Shown piece after piece: positions 40,506 to 54,083 of a stretch of 64,000 nt of DNA. Source of the stretch: Salpingoeca rosetta (Eukaryota; Protista; Choanoflagellata); the NCBI GenBank assembly GCA_033442325.1, contig JAWQFM010000016.1, forward strand, positions 409,543-473,542, read 5' to 3'. The position numbers were made by a program, and so were the translations under genes. Position 1 is the stretch's first letter. Every line of letters starts with the position of its first letter. The notes under the pieces were generated by a model that was not told the DNA's origin, searched no databases, and saw only the letters and a program-made list of their open reading frames with translations.

Positions 40506-42252
40506 ATATGCTGTGCATGCAGTCATACGCGCGTGATGTGTGAATCGTGTTCAGTTGTGGACGCAGGCATTGCAGAGATTGAAAGCCGCGCACACGTGTG
40601 CGGGACTCCCTCTCCCCATCAATCTCATTTCCTGCACTGACCTGGAACGAAGCTGATGGTGGCCGAGTCTGTGAGGTTGAGGTGGGACGGCCCCTGCAAG
40701 GAAATGGTCGTCGTCTCATGCACGACATCCGTCACGTTGGCTGTCGCCGTGCCGTTCACAATTTGGATGGTCTGCTGTGCCGGTGTGCCGTTGCTGCTCG
40801 CCACAACCGTGAGCGTGTCATTGGCCGCTGGAACAAAGTTCTCATAAGGGTCAAACGCTGTCAGGGAGACGAGCACGTTCCGTCCAACCACCTGCGTGGT
40901 TCGGTCGACCTCAAGCTCGTAGCGGGCGGCAGGAGCTGTGTGTGTGTGTGGGGTGGGGGCAATGGCACACGTAATGCAGGATGAGTGTGGACAGCCCTGG
41001 GAAAATCACCACATATTGCTGTAAAGGGCGCACGATTACACATGCGTATCTCGTCGCACACACGCTCCACCTGCTGTCACACGTTCACATAAACACATGT
41101 TCATCCACATACGCACGCACGTACATACGCAGGCGCTACACACGCTTGGTCGCGTGCGGTTTTCAAACCAGGGGCTGACTGACCTGGGACGATTTGCGTT
41201 GAAAACGTGGCTGAAGCATCGACCCCCGAGTTGGTAAAGTCCTGCATGGAGATGGTGATTGTCTCCAGCACGCGCGACTGGACGATGATGGTACCGACGC
41301 CGTTGGCGATGTTGATGCTGCCCGGGTTCACAAACGGGCGGTCAAGAAACGTGCCGGAGGAGCTACCGATGGCAGAAACAAACAGCGATGCGGGGCCGTA
41401 TGTTGTGTCGTGGTTTCCGTACGCGTCCACTGCGCGAATCTCCACAGGCGTTGGCTCGCCGGCCGTGATGGTTGCCTGGTCCACAAACACATACCGCGAC
41501 GCCTCGGCTGTTCAACGGGACATTCGTGTTGTGGTGGAGCAACATGTGACATGAAAGAAGACGGAACAGCGAGTGAGTTTGTGAGAGGAATTGACGAGGG
41601 GCAATGTTTATCACAACAAACACGCACAAACAAAGGGCTCACACAAGCAAGCGCAGGCACGCTTTCACGCACAACAACCATAAATACGCACACGTACACG
41701 CAGACACACACAGACACACATTTTGCACACACACACACACATTGCACACACACGCACACATTGCGCACACACACACACATTGCACACGCACGCACCTGCG
41801 ACTGCGGTGAGGGAAAGCGGGGCGCCTACGCTTGTGGGTACGGCGGCCATGGAGGCATCAACGCCTATCACGAGCCCTCCAGACTGGAACGTGCGCATCT
41901 GCTCGCTTGCCTGCCCGTTTGCATCGAAGCTGAGGAGATACGGGGGCTCGTTTCCAAACTTGGAGATGGTCGTGCCATTTGCCACAGTGAGATAAATGTC
42001 GTCCAATCCATCCGCAGGCAAGGTGCCGTTGGCATATGTGGCAGTGACAGTGACGGTAAATGGGGTTCCCGCCGTGATGGTGGTGCTCGCCGTACTCAGC
42101 GAATAGTAGACGGTGTCATCTGCCAACGCCGCCGTCGCCAGCACAGTCAGTACTGCTGCCAGCGTAAGCAGTGGCGCTGTGCGAAGCAGCTTCCCTGCTG
42201 TCGAAAATGATTGCACGGTGGACCACCGCGCGTGTCTGGAAAGGGTTGCCAT
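23508..42252 (-). CDS. Giant secreted Ig-like repeat protein (~5,584 aa): signal peptide, six invasin/filamin-like Ig modules, then roughly 35 SbsA/Big_5-like repeats; no TM helix seen
   Basis: Exons 42252-41796, 41507-41184, 40935-40642, 40197-39892, 39608-39270, 39009-38716, 38471-23835 and 23611-23508 total 16,755 nt in frame, and all introns are GT-AG phase 1. Signal-like segment LLTLAAVLTVLATAALA. Repeat consensus D..PP.L..F.LDM....L.L.F.E.V...I.LQ...L.GG...V.V.L...D...IK....T.L......DM.GN.V. Many NxS/T sequons. The repeat count is an estimate (~4,880 aa / ~135 aa). Confidence 0.88.
24935..26697. repeat. Intragenic near-identical duplication, copy A (1,763 bp)
   Basis: Matches 34436-36198 at a constant offset of 9,501 bp. 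I saw only two differences by eye (ctgactccg vs ctgacaccg; gacggcgcg vs gatggcgcg). Confidence 0.93.
34436..36198. repeat. Intragenic near-identical duplication, copy B (1,763 bp)
   Basis: Direct repeat of 24935-26697. The ORF track shows the same peptides in both places. Confidence 0.93.
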
Positions 42253-42792
42253 GCGGGCTATTTGTTTGTTTGTCGTGAAACAGAAAAAACAACCCGGGTG
42301 CGAGCCCTTGCGCCGCGTGGTGGACGACGCTGTGCGTGGCGGCAATGCACGCACGAGGGAGATGCTCTCGTGTGACCAACGTCAGCCACAAGGCCTCAAA
42401 AATAAAAAAAGTGCACGCTTGCACGAACACGCACAAGCGCGTCGTTCGGCGGGTGTCTGAAGGTCCAAACAAACAACAACAACAACACCAACAACAAGCG
42501 GGCAACACAAAACGTGCTTTGCCGCGAGCAACGGAAGTCAAAACAAATGACAGGTGGGGCTCGTCTGAACGGGAAAGAGATCCAGGTAGTCTTTTCGACT
42601 CGGCAACACAAGCTCACAGCCACCCGAAACACACAATCCTCGCCACCGTTAACCAAGGCGAGCGTGGGTAGGGCGAACAGGGTGATAAGGGCAATGTGTG
42701 TGTATGAAGGAGGAGGGTGTTTGATTTTTGCCAGGGGATAAACAGCTTGGGTTGCGATGAGAAGTTTATTCACGCTATCCGATAACTTTCTG

Positions 42793-42793
<1 letters not shown>

Positions 42794-42873
<80 letters not shown>
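42794..42873. repeat. (TG)n microsatellite, intergenic
   Basis: About 40 perfect TG units. Confidence 0.95.
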
Positions 42874-42881
<8 letters not shown>

Positions 42882-43009
42882 CCATGGAGTTGTACGAAGT
42901 AATCGAGGATCGAAGGTGATCGGTAGGTTACATGCCGGGAAGGAACTAGAGTCTTAGAGTCGTCGGCGCAAGTTTCGTCTTGTACAAGCCAAGGCAGCTT
43001 GCTTGCGAG

Positions 43010-44943
43010 CTAGAGAAGGGGCTCAAAGTCCGTTTGCTTAAAGTGAACGATGGCAATGGTGAGAACAAGGCAGAGGCCAGCCTCGATGGACCCTTGCTCT
43101 GGCAGCGCTGTTGTTGCCGCCAAATCATCCTGCAACGAATGTGGTGACGCGTGAGGGCTTGGGAGCGCGGATAAGCGAGGCAAGGGAGTCAGCTGTTGTG
43201 GGATGTCGTGTCGGGAAGGGAACAACGAGCAAGGTGCGAGCAAGGTGCCAGCAAGGCCGGGTTCAAAAGCACACGCTGAGCGAACGAACTTCAACACACA
43301 CACACACACGCACACACACACACACACGCACGCACACACACACACACACACATGCACAACACAACACATGCAAGACATTTTGTGTGAGCATACCTGCCCT
43401 GCAGAGTAGAGATAGAAGCACACCCTGCACAAGCGGCGAATGGTTGCGTGGTCTTCGGAGTTCATGAGATCCGCATCAAAGAACGCAAGCGTGGCATAGA
43501 TCCATTGCAGCTGCAAATGTTGGTGTGAGTGAGCGAGTGAGTGAGTGAGTGAGTGAGTGTGTGTGTGTGTGTGTGAGTGAGTGTGTGAGTGAGTGTGTAA
43601 GTGAGTGAGTGAGTGAGTGAGTGAGTGCCGGGTTTGAAAGTAATCACTCCGGTTTTCTATGGCTTCAGTTACACAAGACAGCAGCGATCAGAGCCATCAG
43701 CACAACAGTTTGCAGCTTCACATTGATCACATCGCGCACCGCTCGCCCTTTACGCACCAGATGGTGCGTTGGTTGTTCGCGTAGGTCCTCCACCAAGTGC
43801 TTGAGCAGCTGCTGCGTGTGTGCATGTGATAACCGCGCCAACACACCAGCAGATGGTGCGCGCGGGGAGGTTTCGGGTGTCAGCTCAAAGCACAGTGCCC
43901 GACATTGCTCTGTTGTCAGCACCTGCAAGTGTGTGTGTGTGTGTGCGTGAGTTGCTTGAGTAGGAGCTTTCATTTGTATGTGCGCGCCAAAGACAGGAAT
44001 GCCACCATGTCACGCAGTTCCACCACGCACAGTTGCAGTTCCACGCAAGAAACCGCATGCGCACACCTTCGACTGAGGTACGTCGGACGGCTCAAGGTGC
44101 AGGGTCCCGTCTTGTATGCGCTCTCGCAGCTCTGCACAGCGGAGATGCAGCTCCTCAAACGCAGAGAGCTGCTGGTCTTCCCACGCAGGCACAGCGTGCA
44201 CCTTCGGTGTCTTTGGTGTTCGCGGAGGCATGACGGTGTTGTGTCTCCGCTTTCTTCTGCTGCGCCCGCTCGGTGGCGTGTCCTGTGGTGGTTGTTGGTG
44301 TTGGTGTTGGTGTTGATGGTGTTTGTGTTGGTGGTGTTGTTGTTGGTGTAGGTTTTCGGCCAATGGCAATCGTTCGCCTTGTTCGCCTTGTTCGCCTTGT
44401 TCACCTCGTTCGCCTTGTTCGCCTTGTTCGCTTTGATGATGTGTTGGTGGTCCTTGCTGTTGTGGTTTGGACACCTCGATGCCTGCAGGCGATTCGGTCG
44501 CTGCTTGATCTACGACGTGTGCCATCCCGTGCGGGTTCTCCATCGACACAGCTCCGGCTGTCCGTGTCATGGATGAAATGGACGCTGCCACCACCACCTT
44601 TGGCATAGCAGCCGTTGCTCGTCTGCCGCGATGATGAGCAAGGAAGGGCGTGAGGGGAGGGAGGGCGTGAAGGAAAGGGACTGAGGTGTGCATGCCCACA
44701 CGCAAACACACACACACATTCACACACATTCTCACACACACACACATTCACACATTCACACACATTCCCACACATTCTCACACACACACACACACATTCT
44801 CACACACACACACACACTCACCTCACGTGGAGGATGTACTCCTCTGCGGTTTGTGGCGGTACGGAGAAGTCGATGGTCTGCTCCAACTTGGCCATCTTGG
44901 CCCGTGACAGGTACAGCGCAGGCCGCGGTCCATCGTCGCCCAT
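43010..44943 (-). CDS. GEMIN2: Gemin2 (SMN-interacting protein 1) ortholog
   Basis: First exon [41 protein letters not shown], then [12 protein letters not shown] (cf. Gemin2 PPxTxxEYLxxVxxEAxxCPxVVVA), [35 protein letters not shown]...[11 protein letters not shown] and [17 protein letters not shown]. Stop TAG at 43012-43010. About five exons. Confidence 0.88.
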
Positions 44944-45146
44944 GTCTGTTTGTGTGTTGTGGGTTTGAGGTCGTGCGCTCTGCCGCCGGCGCTAACTTTC
45001 CGCTGAGTCAGCAAAATCAATGTGCAGTGATGATTGACAATGGACACACCATTTTGACGCCTGCGTTGCTGGCCTGCGTTGCTTGCTTGCAGGGACAACA
45101 ACAACCACAACACACACGCGCGCACGCGCGCACAGCCATAGCAGCC

Positions 45147-45375
45147 ATGGACAGGTATGAGGCAGAGACGTGGGCCGATACAAAGGCGCGCGTCCAGGCA
45201 TGGCCAGACTGTGCAGAGAAGTTTGCCCGTCTGCTCAAAGTGAGTTGGTACACTCGCTCGCTCTCCCCTTCTGCCTGTCCGTTTTGCTCATGTGCAGAGG
45301 CGTTTTGCGAGTGGTGCTGCCCTGCTGTCCTGGTGTCGTAGAACCGGACAACCGGACGCTGGCCGTGTTTTGCGG

Positions 45376-45425
<50 letters not shown>

Positions 45426-45496
45426 GTGTGATCGTATACTTGCATGATCGTGTGCGTGTGCGGTTCCTTCTTCTCCCTTCTTGCTTCCCCCCCCTC

Positions 45497-45551
<55 letters not shown>

Positions 45552-48500
45552 CACACACGCGCGCGCGCTCGCACAAGGCAACCTTGCAAGGATTGGTTTC
45601 ACACAGAGACAGAGCCAGAGGCACGACAGCGGAGGACACGGGCGCCACAGACGCGGACAGGGGCAACCATCATCGTGCAGATGAGGACGCGGGCACTGAG
45701 CTGCACCGGCACCTGGACGCCCTCGAGGCAAGGCTTGCTGGCGAGGAAAAGCACATTGTACAGAAGGACGCGCAAGCGATGGCCATTCTAGTTCGCGTGC
45801 GCAGCCACATCTCACAGCGCAGCACGTGGGCCGAGGCGCTCAGGGAGTGCAACCAGCTCATTCGCAATCACCTCGCACCCTTTGACATCCCTTTCACCAT
45901 CCACCTCATCGAGCAGAGCCGCATCCACGCCAGACGCATTGCCATGCAGGACATTATTGTCTTTCTGGGCAACTCAGGGGCAGGCAAGACCACCACCCTC
46001 TTGTACTGGTCTGGGTGTCGCATGCACGTTCGCAGCGACAAGGCAATTCGTGACATTGGCCCGGATGCCCACCAGGTCCCCGACGGGTTTCGTGTGAACG
46101 GCAACCCAGAATCGGAGACCGCGTTCGTTCGCAGCACCCCTGTCCTGGAACACATCATCAGTGAGCTTGACCTGGACTCGGATATGAAACACCTCGACCT
46201 CCTCGACACCCCTGGTAGGAGGGCCACTGCTATTCCTGCCCTGCTCCTCTTGCCGTGATGACGACATGCTTGTGCACCAGCTTCATGAACACCACACAAC
46301 ACACGTGCACGCACACACGCACACGCACACACTTGTACACACATGCACGCACACACATGCACACACACACACATGCACACGTACACACGCTCGTACACAC
46401 ACGACTGCACTTGCACACGCACGACTGCACTTGCACACACACACTCACAGATACAGACACGCACACGCACACGCACACGCACACACACACACACACAGAC
46501 ACACATACACACATACCATCCTCCCTCTCACTTTTCACTTCCTCGCTCTTGCACATTCGTACAATGGCGCAGGTTTCATGGACAGCAGATCGATTGAGGC
46601 CGACGTGGCCAACCAGGTCGGCATCTTGCATGCGCTCTCAGTGTGCAGATCATGTCGCCCCGTGATTGTGCTCTCGAAGAATGGCGGCAGCAACCGCGAG
46701 CAGTGGCTGCAATCCATTCCTGCCGCCCTCAACCTCTTCAAGGAACCCCACGCAGCCGCAAGACGCTTTTCTTTTGCATTCACACACTACAGTGATGACG
46801 ACTATGATGATGATGATGATGACGATGATGACACACAGGCGTCAGTGAGCGACACCACCTCGTGTCTGGAGAGGGCGAAGCGGGAGCTCAATGCAACGCT
46901 GAATTGCCTGATTGAGCAGCGCCGTGGCCAGGTCGCCTCCGATGCCGTCACTGCAGCACTGCAAACTGCGCACAGCAGCTTGAACCACCACGACCAACAA
47001 GAGCATCCACCCCTCATTATTCGGCCTGCACGCGCAGACAAGAAGGTGATTGCGGCGCAGCTCAAGCACGTCCTCGATCGAAGATCGTTTAGCCCAGCGC
47101 ACGTGCGCTCGAAACTCGACCTCTCTGGCACGCAGACGTGGCAGCACATCACAACCCACACGGACGCGGTGTGCGCGTGCGTGCGTGCAGCACTAACACA
47201 CGACAACATGGACCTTGTGGTCTTTCGCCTCCAACAGATCACCGACCTCATGCACAACATCAACGGCAATCACCACCACCACCACCACCACCACCACCAG
47301 CATCGCCAGCACAACCAACATCAGCAGCACCAACACGTTTCACACGCAACACTGCCTGCGGAGGACACGCCGACCAGCGCGCACATGCGCCGTGCCGTCT
47401 GCGCCGTGTATGCAGTCGTCAAGCAGCACCTGACCAAGCTCGTGCACAGGGATCGGCTGCTCGACGCCGTGCGCGACCAGGCAACGGCTGCCATACCTGA
47501 CCACCTCCTCAGCGACATTGCATGGGCTTCACGTGTCCTGGCCAGACTGCGGAGAGATGTGCCAGACATTGACATGGATGGCGTGAACATGAACGAGCTG
47601 ACACGCGCGCTCAGTGACGCCGTCGCCGAAGCATCCGCCACAGCCGTGGCCACGCTGAACGATCTGGGCACTGCAGCCAATATGCAGCATGCGCGTATTC
47701 TCAACCAGCTCAACAAGCTGCTGCAGCTCGCACACAAGGTCAACACAGTCCCCAATATCCACACCACCATCACCGCCCACGACGTGAGAGCCAGCAACGC
47801 CCCTTTGCAGGGCAGCGAGGCACAACCCGCTTCCACAACAACAGCAGCATCAACAGCAACGACAGTAGCAACAACAACGCCACAGCGTATGCGCCCAAGC
47901 GACTACTACGAGCAAGCGTCCATCGAGCTTGCACATCGCTTGCAAGCACAGAGTGGTGAGGTGCTCACCAGACTCAAATCGCTCGTGGGAGCGCATGTCG
48001 CTCGCGTGGACGGCACCACCAACAACACCATCCATACTGCAGACGCTGGCCGTGATGTCGATGCAAGCAGCCACACTCTCGCCAACAACAGCAGCGACAC
48101 CAACAGCAGCACCACCACTACCACCAGCAGCACCAGCAGCAGCAGCAGTACACGTCATAGTGCCAGCACGGCCTCCTCACAAACAACCACGGCGCCACCA
48201 ACACCACCGGTACTGGCACAAGCACCGCTGTCGGATTCATTCCCACGCGTTGGTGATGATATCTTGGCGCTGATGAACAGCGTGCGGGCCCTGTCCGCCC
48301 ACTTTGACTTGATCATCAAGGAGGATGCGCTGGTGCTGGCTGGCGTGCAGCTTTCGCCAACCACCAACGTGCAAGCCAGCGAAGAGGCGCAAAGCAGTGG
48401 CACCACCACCACCGACAACGACAACGACAACAACAACAACAACAACAACAAAACAGGCAACAGCAGCAGCAGTGGCAGCAGCAGCAGTGAAGCATCAACA

Positions 48501-51500
48501 GTGCAAAATCGTGACGATGGCGGGGCCAGGGAAGCTGTCGCTCACTTGTGGGAGCCGGCGTTTCACGACGCTCTGCAACAGCCCGTCATCACAGCAGTGC
48601 AGCAGCTACAGCGGCGATTGAGGACAGCCATGCCAGATGACGCAACACGCAAGCACCTTGCGGCAGTGCTGGAGGTGCTGGATAGGGTTGAGCGCACGCC
48701 TTCACTGCTTCAGGTCCTGACCGGCGCGTTCCTCAAACAGCAGCGTGAAGCCGTTGTGGAAGCGTGCAAGCATCATCTTGGTGCTGTGTGTGACAACCTA
48801 CGGCAGCGATGCGAGGGTCAGGATGCACGCGTGCTACCTGCAGTGTCGCAAATTGTGCGGCACATTGACAGCGTGTGCGCTCTGTTTCAGGGGCAGCCGT
48901 TGGCGATTCAGCTGAACACGTTCTCGCACGCAGCCCAAGACCACGTCAGCAGCATCCTTGCGCGCACCCAGCGCATGGTTGTCGAGATCATCGCTGGCAC
49001 TGTTGGTGACATTGGAGGCGCGTTCGACCCCGCTGACGCGATGGGCGATGCGCACGCCCACAACACCGCAGCGACTGATGGTGGCCGGAACAGCGGTGGA
49101 GATTCTCCGGACAGCAGTCAAGCGCAAGAACCGCGGCGCCAGCGCGGCTTCGGCCAGACCCTCAAGAAATTAATGTGGTGGAGAACGCACAGTATCGATG
49201 AAGACGGCAACTTACACCAGCAGCAAGAAGCCGATGCTGGTGCAATGGGGGATGGCGCCGATACTAGCGACACCGATGCTGTCACAGGCAACGCCAGCTC
49301 CCCGCTACAGGCGTTACACGGCCTGAACCAGCAGGTGGACGGAACGCTGGTGTTTGTCAATGCGCTCCTGGGTCCGTTGCGTGACGGCACGTTGAGCGTG
49401 CCCTCCTCCATGAAAAGCTCCGTGGATGCCACGCTGGCTCGCATCGAAACCGACATCCACTGGCACTACAGCCAGGTGCTGTCACGTCTGCCAACTGCCC
49501 AGATCATGGACGCTGTTGTTTCCATCGGACCTCACCTGACCTTCGTCTCCGCGGCAACGTGCCTCAACTTGCAAGCCATCGCAGATGCCCGCGAGCAGCT
49601 GATGCAACGCGTCAGCTCGTTGCTGCAGGGGCAACGGCGTGCGCTTTGGGAGATCATGCGACAAAACGCCGTGAACGCGGCCACATCTACAGTTGCAGGC
49701 AGGCCAGCAACCGAAGCCGCAAGCAGACCAGCAGAGGCAGACGCGGGCTCAGGCGAAGCACGCAACATGGGCCCTGATTCCGCGACTGCACCAAATCCAA
49801 GCGTCAACGCAACGCCTTCACCACAAGCATCAACAGCAACAACAACAGCAGCAGCAGTAGCAGCAACTCCGGTTTGGCACACCCTGGGTCTTCGCTTCCA
49901 GAGCCCCAGCCAACAGACCAACTTGTTGCGTTTGCTGGACAACAGCGCACGGCTCGTTCTCGCGTGCATGAGAACCCATGTCCACCGATACGTCACGCAT
50001 GTTCATGAGCTGGCCACTGATGTGACAAGCTGTGCGGTGATGCTCGCCGAGCACCACGCAGACACAATTTGCAGCCGATTCAGGGCCCTGCAGCACTTTC
50101 CATCCTCCCAGCCGTCGACCACGACGCCAACAGCAGAAACAATTACAATTGCACCGAAAGAACATGCAGCGGCTGTCGCACCACGCCATGACGGCAGTGG
50201 TGGAACAGCCAGGGATCACGACCGGACATGGCGTGCGCAGCTGAAAAACCGTGTGTCTGAGGCACAGCGGGCGTTGGAGCTGCTGGATGCGCGCCAAAGC
50301 TGGCCCCTCGTGTTTCACCTCATGTGCGGGGGTGCACTTGATGACCCGTTCACCATGCGCGCGTTTGGAGCACACCGTGATGTTGACGAACGCACCAGAC
50401 CGTGGCCTGATGGTCGCGGCGCATCTGCTGTTGCTGGCGACCGGGATCTGCTTGCTGGCAGTGGTGGCGGCGGTGGCGGAACAAGCCCGCTGCATCGTGG
50501 GCGCATGGAGGTGCAGCGCCAACTGCAGGAGAGAGCAAGCGAATGTGCGAGTCTCATCCTCCACGAACGTCTGTGTGCTTTGTATGGCCAGAAGGAAGCG
50601 CTTCAGCACCTCGCCCACTTGGACAGCGGCCTGCTGCCCTTTCTTGGCCCAAACGCCGTTGCATCTGTGCTCATGCAGGCGGATGCGCCTGCTGTTGGAC
50701 TTCATGGAGACGAGTCGCGCCCGGCACTGTTCACAAGCCTGCGCAGGCACGTGTGCCAGGAGCTGGATGCTTTCATCGACGCGAGGAGCATGCGCTTGAA
50801 GCAGGCGCTGCGAGCCCCCCATCTGATGCCGTCGCTGCTGCAGAGCTGCTGGCACGATATCAACGCCCACCCCAACCTGTGGCCCGACGTGCGCAAGCAA
50901 GAGCTGCAAGACGCCGTGATGGCAGAAGCGGACCGTGTGGTGCAGGAGATCAAGGCCCCGATGGGCGTGCTGCTGGGTGCTGACAATACCAGTGCGAGCA
51001 ACATCGCTGACGACGCGGCAAGGGACACGCGAGAAGCTGCATCACGAGTTGAGGCGCATCTCAAGCGGCTGGATGGCCTGGCCAGTCTTGCACACCCGCA
51101 GACCCGTGATGAAAATGCTGGCAACGGCAGTGGTGCTGGTGATAGCAATGCTGGCAGTGATGTCCGTGATGTTGACAACGACGACACTGCTGGCAGCAAC
51201 AAGGGTGGTCACGACAACAGTGATGATGACAACAACAAGGGTGGTCACGACAACAGTGATGATGACGACAACAAGGGTGGTGATGCGGCTCCAACTGACA
51301 CCCATCACCAAACCAATCACGACACCTCCACGTCCACTACCATTGCCACCACCACCACCAGTAGCAACGAGAAGGCTGCCACGGGCACAGCCCGTCGCCG
51401 TGCTGTAGTGGCTCCGTTGCTGACGCGGGCAGGGGAGGACAAGCTGCAGAGTGAGCTGCACCGGCTGCGATACGAGCTTGCGCATGCCATTGAGCGCCAA

Positions 51501-53467
51501 CTGAACCACGTGGACGACCTGCTGGATGTGTGCGATTTCCGCTGCGCGCGCGAGTGGCTGGGCATCATTGGCGAGTGTGTCATGCTGCTGCCGCCTGCAG
51601 CACAGACCGCTGGTGCACGGTACGCACGCGAGCACTGGCAGGCAAAGTGGAGGGAGCGAAGCGTGGAACAGAAGCAAGATCGCGCCCTGACGGAGATGAG
51701 AGATATGGGGCTGACACGCCTGTGCTCATCGTCATTGCTGCACAGTCTCCCGCACCAGACCAAGCAGTGGAAGGAGCGGGTGTGTGAGAAAGCGCTGCGG
51801 ATGCTGGTGGTCCATTGCACGGCGCTGCAGCAGCGTGACGTGACAGATGTGCGACAGAGTGACATGGACGTGTTTGATGCGCTTGCTCAACACCTGCCCC
51901 AGCACCAACGCAGCACTGTGGACACCAACAAGCAAGCCGTGCACAAGTGGCTGGGAGACAGCGCGATGGCGTGTGCGCAAAGCATCGAGTTGGCGCTGCG
52001 CGAAGGGGATGTGACCGCAGTTTCAAACGTGATGATCAGCGTGGAACGCATGTTGCCGGGGGTGCGGCAGAAGGTGGTGGCTGCCGTGGACAGAGGCATC
52101 AACGAGTTGTGCAGCCACGCCCGAAACCTGTGCGACCGTCGCTCGCAGACCGTCGGGGATGACTTGCACACCACCGTGGGCACGCTGATCAAGTGTCACA
52201 AGAGTCATGTGCGGGCACTGGTGGATCTGGTGCATGCTCCGCTGAACCTGCTCGCTGCAGATATGAGCGACCACGTGAGCCGCGATGTGAGCCAGTTTCG
52301 AGCACAGCTGCTTGTGCTGAGTGACGGGGACAGAGGACGTCTTGGCATGCACCGTCACCGCGATCAGCTGTCACCGCAGGAGAGGGCGGCGATGGAGATT
52401 GCCCGTGGGTTTTTGCACGCAGCGGAAGTTGAGGCGCAGCACATCAGAATCTGCGCGCGCCTGCGGTCCAGAGCGCGGTCAAACCAAAGTGTGGAGAGCG
52501 GCTACAGCAGTGCAAACGCATCGGTACTGTCACCGTTGTCAGCGCCGTCCTCTGCATCCTCCCTCGCAGTTTTCTCTTCTTCGTCCCCCTCCCTGCGTTC
52601 GTCCTCCTCCTTCTCCTCGCGGCCTTCAGCAGCGTTAACAACAGCACCTGCTTCGTCGTCGTCAGCTGCCTTTTCATTCTTGCCGACCGAGTCACAGCGC
52701 GCATCCACTTCATCGACATTAGCAGCAACGTCAGCAACACCGCAGTGGACGTGTGGTGAAGTTATGGCTAGCAGTATCGAAGACCTCAATGATGCAATGG
52801 GAACATTGGACCAAGCTGTGCACGGCATCAAGCAGGCGTGCGCTGACCGCAACTACAAACGCGTTGCATCACCAGGCGCGCAGGAGGGGGACATGTTGCG
52901 TTTGCTCCTGCATCAGTGCGCCGTGCTTGCTGCGGTGTCAAACCTCATGTCACGGCACGGTGCGCGGCTCATGCGGCTGACGGGGTCTCCGAGCGCGCCT
53001 GTCCTTGGTGTGGACGACGCTGCGTGGGAGGCGTGCAAGGGCGCAGGCGAGCGTGTTCGAGGCACCCTGAGCGACCTACTGCAGTTTACGCGTGACCAAG
53101 TCGAGGACGCCTTGGAAGTGCAGGTGGCAGACGCGGGCGCCCTGCAGGATCTGGAGCCGCAGGCTGTGCGCAAGGCGTGCCTTGTGCTCCAATCCGCACG
53201 CTGTCTCGTCAGGCGCGTTTCGCCGCTGGTGGCGGCAGACCCCGTGCTTGCAGGCAGCGGTGCCGATGGGAGCATGTTTGCTGCCGGTGGAGCAGACACC
53301 AGCGGCGGCACTGGGGGCGAGGATGACGCGGCACAAGGGCCACTGGCAGAATATGCCAGGCAATTGGAGCAGCACGTGGCCCAGCAGGCGGACGTCTTCT
53401 CGCAGATCCTATGCATTGTGCGCCGCCCCGCAATGAGTGGCGACAACCTCGGCAACGATGGCGATGT

Positions 53468-53509
<42 letters not shown>

Positions 53510-54083
53510 CAGTGATGATTGGGGGGACAGTGGTGATGATGACGATGACTGGGGCGATGCTGGTGACCAGGACGGCAGCGGGGAGACAGGTGGTCAAGGG
53601 CATGCTCTGGGCGATGCGGGCGCTGGCAACGAAGCTGGCCACACAACCTCCAAGGTAGCCAAGGCAGCAAAGGCAGCCAAGACGAAGGAGCGCAGCGTGT
53701 TCTCTCGCGTGCAGGAGAGTGTGTCGTACTTTTGCGACATTTGTGAGCAGAGTCGGGAGGCGCTTGGGGAAGATCCGTTGTACGAGCAGATCCAAGCACG
53801 CCACAATCAGCTCATGGGTACCCTTCGTAGCAGCGACAGCAACGCCGCCAACGTCGTGTCTGCGCTTCTTCGCTTGCAGGCGCTACGGAATGCGCTGTTT
53901 GAGGCACGCCGCGCCATCACCACAGACATCCGGTCGTTCCTGGACACCGAGGATGATGCTGGCGAAGGCGGCGATGGAGAGAGTAGGCGGGCGCAGCTGG
54001 CCAGCCTGTTGCTCGATAGCCCCGATATTCGCCCGGATCTTCGCGAGTTCTTTGTGCAGTCGTTTGGTGATGTGCTGTTCTGA
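45147..54083 (+). CDS. Very large P-loop GTPase (~2,746 aa): N-terminal TRAFAC-type G domain plus ~2,400 aa of predicted helical and low-complexity sequence
   Basis: Exons 45147-45239, 45578-46214 and 46573-54083 join in frame (8,241 nt). G1 [14 protein letters not shown] (~45950-45995), G2-like SET (~46110), and G3 LLDTPG|FMDSR across intron 2. Confidence 0.82.
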
